The notes under the pieces: model-generated
What the model saw: the letters and a program-made list of their open reading frames with translations, nothing else
The model's database searches: none
What the model was told of the DNA's origin: nothing
Program-made: the position numbers and the translations under genes
Shown here: piece by piece, positions 20,618-28,428 of the stretch
How positions within the stretch are numbered: the first letter of the stretch is position 1
Layout: every line of letters starts with the position of its first letter
NCBI GenBank assembly: GCA_016844925.1
Contig: JAERTI010000036.1
Coordinates: forward strand, 11,053 to 75,052
Reading direction: 5' to 3'
Length of the DNA stretch: 64,000 nt
DNA from: Candidatus Uhrbacteria bacterium
GTDB lineage: Bacteria > Patescibacteriota > Patescibacteriia > UBA9934 > GWF2-40-263

Positions 20618-21883
20618 GTGACGCAGAAGCTGTTCTATCCAGACAAGGCGCTGAACTTCAGGCCGCTTCCGGAAGTGATGACCCTCATCACCAAGATGGG
20701 GCAGGAATTTAGGCGCCAGACTGAGGTGATTCACCTCCACGAGGACGACGCCTTCTACTTCGCCTACCTCCACACCTACCAGAGCCCTGACGCTCTAGGT
20801 TCGATGGAGTTCAATCAGCGCATGTCCAGATTCGTCGGCCTCGCCGTCGATATCGTGGAGCTCATGATCCGAGAGCACTTCCGCCCCATGGGCGACCTTC
20901 TCTCACTTCACAGCGACATCGCCAACTGCCTCGAACCCATCGAGCTGCTCATCATCGCCACCACCGACCCGGGTGCTGGCGCTTCCCCCCTGGACTTCAG
21001 AAGGCACTTCGAGGCGAGACGGAACCTCGCCATCGCCCTGCAGATCTACGAGATCGAGAAGTGTGACCCAGAGTACTGGGTCGCCAAGGACCTCAGGCAC
21101 ATCGAACAGCTCTGCTGGGGGCGCCTCTTCCTTCGCGGTGTTTCACAGACCATCTGGTTTACCACGCAAATCCCGGAGGATGGGAAGAGTCCCTGCAACA
21201 ACATCAAGCTCGCGTTTGCCAAAAGGCGCGCCAACCGCTTCAGAAGAGAATTCGATCCGACAAAGGGGCCCGTCATGGTCTCGTCCATGATGTGCCGCGT
21301 CGTAAGAATCTCGCGGAATCGTCGACTCATCATCTACGTCGTCAACCGCCGCAAGCGCATCTTCTCCACCCTGCTCAAGATGGAGCGTGGACGAGAACTG
21401 CGTGACCGTCGCGGGTGGAAGTACGTGGTTGTAGGGGTACAGACTGGCAACAAGATCCGCCCTGCCAAGCGAAGCGACGCGGAAGCGTTTGTTGCCTTCA
21501 CGCAAGAGCAACTCTGGAATCCACCTCTGTTCCACGAACCCGACGAATCCGCAGAGAACCCTGACAGCGACAAGGACTACTGGGACCGCAAGATCGTCGG
21601 TCGTTACCATCGAAAAGACAACGGTCGAGTCGTGGGCGCTGCCACCGAACAGCTGGTCACCACCATCCGTGACCATCTCAGCGACAAGTACTCACGAAGC
21701 AATCGCAACCACGAGATGTATCGACACCTTCAGGTGCTCAACCACCTCGGCCCTCTCTGGTTCCCCTCCACACGAGAGCACCTCCAACACCTCAAGTCCG
21801 TCCGCCTCCCAGGCTACGGCGTGAACTGGTACGGCCCCGCCACCAGGGAGACGCTCTGGAACTGGTGGCTCAGCCAGCTCTGA
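20618..21883 (+). CDS. GC-rich hypothetical protein (421 aa), GTG start
   Basis: TTGACG-N17-TAAAGT at 20552-20585; GAGGAG-N5-GTG; terminator CCCGCTTACGCAAGGCGGG+TTTTTTG at 21890-21915. No confident domain assignment. Confidence 0.5.
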   Translation: MTQKLFYPDKALNFRPLPEVMTLITKMGQEFRRQTEVIHLHEDDAFYFAYLHTYQSPDALGSMEFNQRMSRFVGLAVDIVELMIREHFRPMGDLLSLHSDIANCLEPIELLIIATTDPGAGASPLDFRRHFEARRNLAIALQIYEIEKCDPEYWVAKDLRHIEQLCWGRLFLRGVSQTIWFTTQIPEDGKSPCNNIKLAFAKRRANRFRREFDPTKGPVMVSSMMCRVVRISRNRRLIIYVVNRRKRIFSTLLKMERGRELRDRRGWKYVVVGVQTGNKIRPAKRSDAEAFVAFTQEQLWNPPLFHEPDESAENPDSDKDYWDRKIVGRYHRKDNGRVVGAATEQLVTTIRDHLSDKYSRSNRNHEMYRHLQVLNHLGPLWFPSTREHLQHLKSVRLPGYGVNWYGPATRETLWNWWLSQL

Positions 21884-21972
21884 GCCCCACACCCCCGCTT
21901 ACGCAAGGCGGGTTTTTTGATTGACAACCATGTAAGAAACAACTACGTTGACCACCCTGAACAGGAGAAAGG

Positions 21973-22296
21973 ATGGATCGGTTACAAGAGCTGGATGACC
22001 AGCTCTACGCACTTCACCATGACCATGTGCTTCACGGTGCCACGCTCGTCGAACACCACGAAGACGGCACGCAGTCGCGTGGACGTATCAGCAGCACAGG
22101 ACACGGATACGGTGAACTCGGACTATGGTGGCACAACGAAGATGATCGTCATCGACAGGCCTGCCTGAGTCACAGCAGCTGGAACTTCTCCAGAACGGGG
22201 AACGAGATTCGTTTCAGTAGGACTGGCCCTGACCGGAGAAGCTTCGACATCCCCCCCGGGGACGTCAACCTCTACGTCATCACCATCGCGGACTAG
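21973..22296 (+). CDS. GC-rich small hypothetical protein (107 aa, His-rich)
   Basis: TTGACA-N17-TACGTT immediately after the upstream terminator; AGGAGA RBS; terminator ending TTTTTTCTTTT at ~22300-22330. Confidence 0.45.
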   Translation: MDRLQELDDQLYALHHDHVLHGATLVEHHEDGTQSRGRISSTGHGYGELGLWWHNEDDRHRQACLSHSSWNFSRTGNEIRFSRTGPDRRSFDIPPGDVNLYVITIAD

Positions 22297-22391
22297 CACC
22301 ACGCCCAATACGGGGCGTTTTTTCTTTTATTCGCTTCCTGCTGGCGCTCTTTGCTTTCACCCGGTACAGTGATTTTAAGGAGGTAACACAC

Positions 22392-23306
22392 ATGCGTCAC
22401 GTGTACCTGGCTGCTCTTGGCACGCTCTGCCTGCTCCTCACCAGCTTCCACATCCCGAAGGACTCCACCCTGGAGCTCGGCGTGGAACACGCGAGCACCA
22501 GCGACAACGCGACGAGCCGCACCACGCGGCAGCAAGACGAGATGCTGCAGACCCTCGTCTCCCTGGCTACATACAAGCAGCGCTTGGAAGAAGCCTGCGA
22601 GGCGTTCCTGATCTCAGACGCCACGTCCGAAGATCTCTCCGCGCTCCTCACGGTCGCCGGCTCTCACCGCGACCCCGCCGCCGTCTTCGTACGTTGCGGC
22701 CTGGAAGAAGATGATGTCGAGGATCTCTTGATGAGCATGCTCAGTGACCGCATCGAGGAAGGGGACCGAGAGGCCTCCCGCATCGCCTTCGCCCTGGCTG
22801 GCACACAGTGTTCCCAGACGCCGCTACAGATCGACCGCGAGTGCGAAGACGCCGCCGATGAACTGGAGTGGCCCGTGACTCGCTGGCGCTCTTGCATCAA
22901 GGACGGCTACAGCAGCTACAAGCAGTGCAGCCTCGACGTCCTGACCGAGCACGGCGTGAGTGCCACCAAGGTGGAGGACGCTTACTTTGGCAAGTACGCC
23001 AAACAGACCAGCGACCTGGTGCACGCAGCCAAGGACGGAAGCGCCGACCCTCACGAGGTCGTCGACGAACTCATGCGCCGCGCCGAAGATCGCGTCCTGA
23101 TCGAGACCATGGGCACGGGTGCCATGGGCGCCTCCAGCTACATGATCTTCGCCCTCTCCCAGAACCTGAAGTTCCAGGGCGAGACGGAACTCCAGGAAGA
23201 GATGCAGCCCCTGCTCGACTTCTGGATCCACCGCTGCGACCTGGACCAAACCGGAGCCCTAGACGACCACGAAGTAGACGACATCCAACTCGCCTACAAC
23301 GACTGA
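22392..23306 (+). CDS. GC-rich secreted hypothetical protein (304 aa; signal peptide, acidic, Cys-containing)
   Basis: TAAGGAGG-N8-ATG; terminator GACCCCCTGAGGGTC+TTTTTCTTTTTT at 23306-23335. Confidence 0.5.
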   Translation: MRHVYLAALGTLCLLLTSFHIPKDSTLELGVEHASTSDNATSRTTRQQDEMLQTLVSLATYKQRLEEACEAFLISDATSEDLSALLTVAGSHRDPAAVFVRCGLEEDDVEDLLMSMLSDRIEEGDREASRIAFALAGTQCSQTPLQIDRECEDAADELEWPVTRWRSCIKDGYSSYKQCSLDVLTEHGVSATKVEDAYFGKYAKQTSDLVHAAKDGSADPHEVVDELMRRAEDRVLIETMGTGAMGASSYMIFALSQNLKFQGETELQEEMQPLLDFWIHRCDLDQTGALDDHEVDDIQLAYND

Positions 23307-23385
23307 CCCCCCTGAGGGTCTTTTTCTTTTTTGTTTAATCCCTGCCAACCAAACAAAAAGCCCTCGCTTTCGCGAAGGCTTTCTG

Positions 23386-23402
23386 TGGGGCGGCTAACGG
23401 GA
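23386..23402. repeat. 17-bp exact direct repeat of the 3' end of tRNA-His (TGGGGCGGCTAACGGGA = complement of ..CCCGTTAGCCGCCCCA), 151 bp downstream of the gene; att-like scar
   Basis: Identical string at 23554-23570 inside the tRNA gene. Confidence 0.7.
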
Positions 23403-23553
23403 GTCTCACGTCGCTTCGCTCCTCCAGGGGCTTGTGCCCCTAGGACGGCCTCCGGCCTGTACCCCCAGCATGTAAGGGGGTATCCCCCTTACCATCCCCC
23501 GTTCGATTCCCATTAGCCAACAGAAAACCCCCGATAAATTCGGGGGTTTTCTA

Positions 23554-23630
23554 TGGGGCGGCTAACGGGAATCGAACCCGTAATACCAGTACCACAAACT
23601 GGTGTGATAACCGTTTCACCATAGCCGCCA
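23554..23630 (-). tRNA. tRNA-His (anticodon GTG) with encoded G-1 and CCA
   Basis: Manual fold: G-1, acceptor GCGGCTA/TAGCCGC, C73, anticodon stem CCAGT/ACTGG with loop TTGTGGT. A hairpin terminator CCCCCGAATTTATCGGGGG lies at ~23527-23552. Confidence 0.8.
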
Positions 23631-23668
23631 TGGCTTGTTGAGGTTCAACGGAGCCAAGAATAGCAGAA

Positions 23669-24388
23669 CTATTCGATGGAATCAAGCATTGAATCAAGCT
23701 CGAATGTATCAGTGATCGCCTTTGCCTCAAGGAGCGCCGCCTCTGCCTCTTCTGAGTAACCGACGGTAGCCATGAGGATCCATGCATGTTCGCCATCATC
23801 TATATACTGAGACCTCACAGCTGGAGCTTCTCCGTCTCCGGAACATGGCTTTTTACACCCCCACTCGAGAACATAGCCATCCCGTCCCTTAAACTCACCC
23901 GGGGTCAAACTCTGATAAATGTCACTTGCTGTGATCCCAGCATTTGGAGAATCTGGATTCGCCTGAATATTCTCCACTGCTTCTTCAAGTGTCTCCTTGG
24001 ACGTAGAAAACTCTGTCACCACTTCATCGAAACTTCGCTCACCTTTTTCAATATCGAATATCCTCAAGAACACAGGGCTCTCGGTAAGGGGCACTTCTGG
24101 ATCTGCGTTCACGACGGTACTGCGGATAAGCATGCCATTTGCTCCACGTGGGTACACAATCGATTCTAGAATGTGCCAATCAACAGGCACGACCATGGAA
24201 TACCCATCCCCGCGCACGAGCGTCTCATCTTCTGCGTCGCGCTCGAGCTCTGATTCATAAACAAGACCCTGTGACTCTTGTTGATCTGTTGAGTCTTCCG
24301 TGTCTCCCCCCGTCCAAATGACAACTCCCACAACAAGCAGAACAAGAATGGCGGCACTTAGCAGGTATGATCGATTATCAAATTTCAT
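23669..24388 (-). CDS. Membrane-anchored acidic extracytoplasmic protein (239 aa), tandem paralog of the next gene
   Basis: N-terminal TM; shared motifs with 24395..25213 (VVP.DW, C..(P/A)C, W(I/V).(I/L)(M/T).(V/T)GY, A.A..DTFEL). Confidence 0.6.
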   Translation of the reverse strand: MKFDNRSYLLSAAILVLLVVGVVIWTGGDTEDSTDQQESQGLVYESELERDAEDETLVRGDGYSMVVPVDWHILESIVYPRGANGMLIRSTVVNADPEVPLTESPVFLRIFDIEKGERSFDEVVTEFSTSKETLEEAVENIQANPDSPNAGITASDIYQSLTPGEFKGRDGYVLEWGCKKPCSGDGEAPAVRSQYIDDGEHAWILMATVGYSEEAEAALLEAKAITDTFELDSMLDSIE

Positions 24389-24394
24389 AGAACG

Positions 24395-25213
24395 TTAATT
24401 GAGTTCAAAGCTATCCATAACCTCTTGCGCTTGCGCGAGGAGCTCATCTGCTTGATCGGAATACGCCGTGCGACCAGTAATCACCCACACTCTGTCACCT
24501 GCATCAATGTAATACGCAATCATCGCTGGTGGGGACCCTTCGATGTAACACGCCTGCTCACACACAAAGGTATTCATGTAAGCCTCTCGTCCGTCAATCT
24601 GAACTGACTCGAGCTCCACCGTAATGTGGGCATCCATGTACGCATCAATCTCTGACTGATCAGCCTCACTCAATTCGCCCCCTCCACCGAATAAGTAAAC
24701 CTGCACACCAAACCGAGCTCCATCTTCATCCATGGCCCATCTATCTACAACAGAATCCAGTGTCCACTCATCTCCTTTCTCATAATCCTCCACATGCACA
24801 GAAACTTCTGTTGGGTGCCCATAGGCCTCCTGTGCATCGAGGTTCTTGATCCACCCATGTGAGTAGCGACCACGACTTGAACGAGTGCTGCGCTCGCTTG
24901 CGCTCAGAACAAGCCAATCCTCTGGAACCAGGAGTGAAAATCCTTCACCAAGAACCACCGTCGGATCTGCGGCATCACGTTCAAGAGACAGCTGAGCTGG
25001 CTCTTCTTCTGTTTCCACCTCTTCTTCAGCTTCTTCTTCTGAAAGTACCTCCTCAATAAGATCCTCAATCTCTTGCTCAAGAAGCTCAATCTCCTCAAGA
25101 GCTAACTCTGGTGTTTCCAGAGGCGTTGGCTCAGCTTCCGGGGCCTTCACAACAGAAAGTGCCCAGACACCAATAGCCAGCAAGACGAAAAATAAACTGA
25201 TATTTCGAAACAT
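24395..25213 (-). CDS. Membrane-anchored acidic extracytoplasmic protein (272 aa) with Glu-rich coiled region, tandem paralog of 23669..24388
   Basis: ORF track plus shared C-terminal motifs. Confidence 0.6.
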   Translation of the reverse strand: MFRNISLFFVLLAIGVWALSVVKAPEAEPTPLETPELALEEIELLEQEIEDLIEEVLSEEEAEEEVETEEEPAQLSLERDAADPTVVLGEGFSLLVPEDWLVLSASERSTRSSRGRYSHGWIKNLDAQEAYGHPTEVSVHVEDYEKGDEWTLDSVVDRWAMDEDGARFGVQVYLFGGGGELSEADQSEIDAYMDAHITVELESVQIDGREAYMNTFVCEQACYIEGSPPAMIAYYIDAGDRVWVITGRTAYSDQADELLAQAQEVMDSFELN

Positions 25214-25236
25214 AAACTCTGATCAAGCAATAACGC

Positions 25237-25313
25237 TGGCGGCCCGAGTAGGATTCGAACCTACGACCTTGGGCTTAGAAGTCCCCTGCTCTATCCAGCT
25301 GAGCTATCGGGCC
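25237..25313 (-). tRNA. tRNA-Arg (anticodon TCT), CCA encoded
   Basis: Acceptor GGCCCGA/TCGGGCC, D-arm GCTC..GAGC, anticodon loop CTTCTAA, T-arm GTAGG-TTCGAAT-CCTAC. The anticodon stem has two non-Watson-Crick pairs. Confidence 0.65.
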
Positions 25314-25398
25314 AACAGCGACATTGCTTATCACGCGCGCATGGTAACCATTCTGCACAAAAAAGAAAACAGGCTCCGTGTGAGCCTGGTGTGGAGCG

Positions 25399-26076
25399 CT
25401 AGTGGCTCCGGACGATGTTGCCGACGAGCACGCGCTGCTCGCCGATCGGCTGGATCTCCTTCAGCTTCCGCTTGGCGAACCAGTCGATGTCCTTGTTGGT
25501 GCGTCCCGACAGGCTGATCAGGGGAATCCCGACCTCCGTGGAAGACTGGGCCGTCTTGATTGCCCTGTCGAGCAGGGCCGTACCAACACCATGCTCACGC
25601 CACTGGGGCCGCACGATCAGGTGCTGGATGTAGAAGTAGGCACCGCAGCGCCCCAGCTCCCGCACCACCGATGCCATCACCTGGGCTCCGACCTGTTCGT
25701 TGAGCTGATCCATGGCCAGCGGGCGTAGCTCGATCACCCCTACGGGCATCGGATGACCAGAGCTCACCACGAAGGCTACGAGGGTCTGAGCGCAGCGCAT
25801 GCGGAGAGCCTCGATGGTCTCGCGCTCGGCGCGCCGCTCGGTCCAGAGCTGCTGGACCACCCCCCCGCTGCACCAGGAACAGATCTCGTTCGCCGGCTTG
25901 CTGAGGAAGTCACGCTTGCATCCGCTGCAGCGCCACTGCTCGCCCCACGGCGCACCGCGGCGCCCCTCGACGATCATCTCCGCCAGACCCGGCACCAGAC
26001 GCTCGACACCCTGGCCCAGCCTGGCGACGTGCACTCGCTGCTCCACTCCTTCCCTCGCTACCGTGGCTACTTGCAT
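25399..26076 (-). CDS. GC-rich GNAT-family N-acetyltransferase with N-terminal Cys-rich (zinc-ribbon-like) region
   Basis: GNAT motif A (..YIQHLIVRPQWREHGVGTALLDRAI..); CSGCK...CSWCSGG; GGAGG-N5-ATG. Confidence 0.6.
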   Translation of the reverse strand: MQVATVAREGVEQRVHVARLGQGVERLVPGLAEMIVEGRRGAPWGEQWRCSGCKRDFLSKPANEICSWCSGGVVQQLWTERRAERETIEALRMRCAQTLVAFVVSSGHPMPVGVIELRPLAMDQLNEQVGAQVMASVVRELGRCGAYFYIQHLIVRPQWREHGVGTALLDRAIKTAQSSTEVGIPLISLSGRTNKDIDWFAKRKLKEIQPIGEQRVLVGNIVRSH

Positions 26077-26169
26077 CCATACCTCCGCTACAGCTCGTCC
26101 CAGTTTCTTTACCAGAACGAAGCGATGCTAGCGCAGACCCCCCCTCCTGTCAACCAAAAAACGCCCTTT

Positions 26170-27117
26170 TCAGGACGTTTTATTTTCTTCCTTAGGTTTT
26201 TTCCGAGCCCGATCATGAAACTTCTTATGCACCTCTTTCATCTTTTTGTTCGTGATGTGGGTATACACCTGGGTCGTCGTAATCGATGCGTGCCCAAGCA
26301 GGGACTGCACAGAACGAATATCCGCCCCTCCCATGAGCAGGTCCGTGGCAAACGTGTGCCGGAGCGTGTGTGGTGTAATGCGTTTGGTAATGCCCGCCTG
26401 CTTTGCATAGCGCTCCACGAGCCGCTGTACTGATCGCGACGTAAGCCCGCCTGTCTTTCCACGACCAGCTCGCGCCTTGTCGTGACAGATGAATAGGTAC
26501 TCAGACGTATCTCTTCGCTTCGCTAGATACTCTTTCAGTGCTTCTTTGGCTGTACTGGAGAGATACACGGCTCGCAACTTACCCCCCTTACCCCTCACCG
26601 TGAACTCATCTCGCTTCAAATTAATCTGTTCGATCTTCAGGTTCGAGAGCTCACTCACGCGCAAGCCCGTAGAGAAGAGCAGCTCGAGAATGGCTCGATC
26701 ACGCAACGCCACAAGATCTTTCCCAGCCGGCGCCGCTAACAATCGATCCAACTCCTCGACCTCCAAGAACGACACCTCTCGCTGCTCCTGCTTTGCGAGC
26801 TCGATCTTCTCCGGAGCCAGGGAAGTGATGTCTTCGCGCGCCAGGTATTTTAGAAATGATCGTAGAGCGATCAGGTGATAATTCTGCGTCGACTTCTTGA
26901 GCGTCTTTCCATCGCGACCAGCTACTTTCCGGTTCAGCCAAAGACGATACTTATGAATCATCTCGCTGGTAATCTCCTTGGGTTCTGGCCCCTTAGCCCA
27001 CTGAGAAAACCGTCGCAAATAAAAATGATAGTTGCGAATCGTCTTCTCCGTCCTCCCTCGCTCAACCTCTAGATATTCGAGGAACTTCGTGATCAATTTG
27101 TCGATCGTCGTGGGCAT
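26170..27117 (-). CDS. Xer-type tyrosine site-specific recombinase (XerC/XerD-like)
   Basis: C-terminal catalytic region ..HTLRHTFATDLLMGGADIRSVQSLLGHASITTTQVYTHI..; N-terminal core-binding domain. Start trimmed to MPTTIDKLI. Confidence 0.8.
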   Translation of the reverse strand: MPTTIDKLITKFLEYLEVERGRTEKTIRNYHFYLRRFSQWAKGPEPKEITSEMIHKYRLWLNRKVAGRDGKTLKKSTQNYHLIALRSFLKYLAREDITSLAPEKIELAKQEQREVSFLEVEELDRLLAAPAGKDLVALRDRAILELLFSTGLRVSELSNLKIEQINLKRDEFTVRGKGGKLRAVYLSSTAKEALKEYLAKRRDTSEYLFICHDKARAGRGKTGGLTSRSVQRLVERYAKQAGITKRITPHTLRHTFATDLLMGGADIRSVQSLLGHASITTTQVYTHITNKKMKEVHKKFHDRARKKPKEENKTS

Positions 27118-27568
27118 ATCTGCTCCTAGTATAACATCGGGGCCGTGTGATACCATGCACTCCACTATGGGAGCCGTCCTGACCCGCAGACTCCTGGCCG
27201 CCGCAACGATCTTCACCATGATCGCTTGCGGTTTTGTTTTCAGCACATCACAGAGCTGTCTGGCAGATTCCGGTGACTCAGGCTTTATCTGCACGGCCGA
27301 GGCGCTCTCAGCCCCAACAACCTGGATGGCCTCAGCAAATCACATGGCAATCCAGGCAAAGGAACTGTTCACGGTGGCAATCGTCGTGTTTACCGCCGCC
27401 ATCCTCATCACCCAAGGGCGCCGGTGGCAGCCGCCGCATACCTCACTCTGGATTGAGCGGAGAGCCCCCATACCAAACCACACATTCATCCCGCATTTAT
27501 CAGCCTCTCACGGTGGGTAGCTATCTCCCCTGAAACGCAGAACCTCTTGATTCACATGAACAGACTTT

Positions 27569-28360
27569 ATGGATAAACACCCACATACGACCCATCACAC
27601 AAAATCACTTTTTGACATCATCCCTGCCAAGCAGGCCTTCTGGCTCGGGTTTGGTACTGCCATTCTCTCCATCGGAACCCTCGGCTTCATCCTTCTTGGA
27701 AGCTGTGTCCTCCAGGGAGACTGCGCGGCTAGCGTTGTCTTCGAAGACGATGCTGAGGATGCAGATGACGACGATTACGCACCATCTGCCGCGGACCTTG
27801 CTGCAGCAGGTGCCCCAACCGTTCCAACAGCCCAAGGTGTTCCCGCTGTAGACGACGGTGATTACATCCGCGGAGACGTAGACGCTCCTATCACCATCAT
27901 TGAGTACTCCGACTTTGAGTGTCCCTACTGTGAGCGATTCCACCCAACCATGGAACAGGTCATGGAGGAGTACGATGGCCAGGTCCGTTGGGTCCTCCGC
28001 AACTTCCCACTTTCCTTCCACCCAAATGCTGAGGACGCTGGTGTCGCAGCTGAGTGTGCCGGACAGCAGGGCAAGTTCTGGGAGTACGGTGACGAGCTCT
28101 TTGCCAACCGCGCAAGCCTCGGTGAAGACTACTACGTTGAACTCGCTGGTGACTTCGATCTCAATATCAGTGAATTCACCACCTGCTACGAGGGAGACGA
28201 GGCTCGTTCCAAAGTACGTGCACAGGCCACAGGTGGTGCTGCTGCAGGTGTCACAGGAACCCCAGGAAGCTTCATCATCGATGAGGACGGTAACGCCACC
28301 CCAATCAAGGGAGCGCTGCCATACTCCTCCGTTGCTGCTGCGATCGACGCCATGCTCTAA
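27569..28360 (+). CDS. DsbA-family thiol:disulfide oxidoreductase, membrane anchored (CPYC active site)
   Basis: ..IIEYSDFECPYCERFHP..; hairpin terminator at ~28365-28395. Confidence 0.75.
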   Translation: MDKHPHTTHHTKSLFDIIPAKQAFWLGFGTAILSIGTLGFILLGSCVLQGDCAASVVFEDDAEDADDDDYAPSAADLAAAGAPTVPTAQGVPAVDDGDYIRGDVDAPITIIEYSDFECPYCERFHPTMEQVMEEYDGQVRWVLRNFPLSFHPNAEDAGVAAECAGQQGKFWEYGDELFANRASLGEDYYVELAGDFDLNISEFTTCYEGDEARSKVRAQATGGAAAGVTGTPGSFIIDEDGNATPIKGALPYSSVAAAIDAML

Positions 28361-28428
28361 GTTGATTCAAAACAGGCCCCATGGGCCTGTTTTTGTTTTC
28401 CCGCACCCATCCCTTATACTTGGAACAT

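Noticed and set aside
26170-27117. Tyrosine recombinase as evidence of a prophage or integrative element
   Set aside because: The C-terminal catalytic region and N-terminal core-binding domain are Xer-like (LLGH..TTQ.YTH). No phage structural or replication genes are nearby, so it was called chromosomal XerC/D-like. Its proximity to two tRNAs is noted in the findings.
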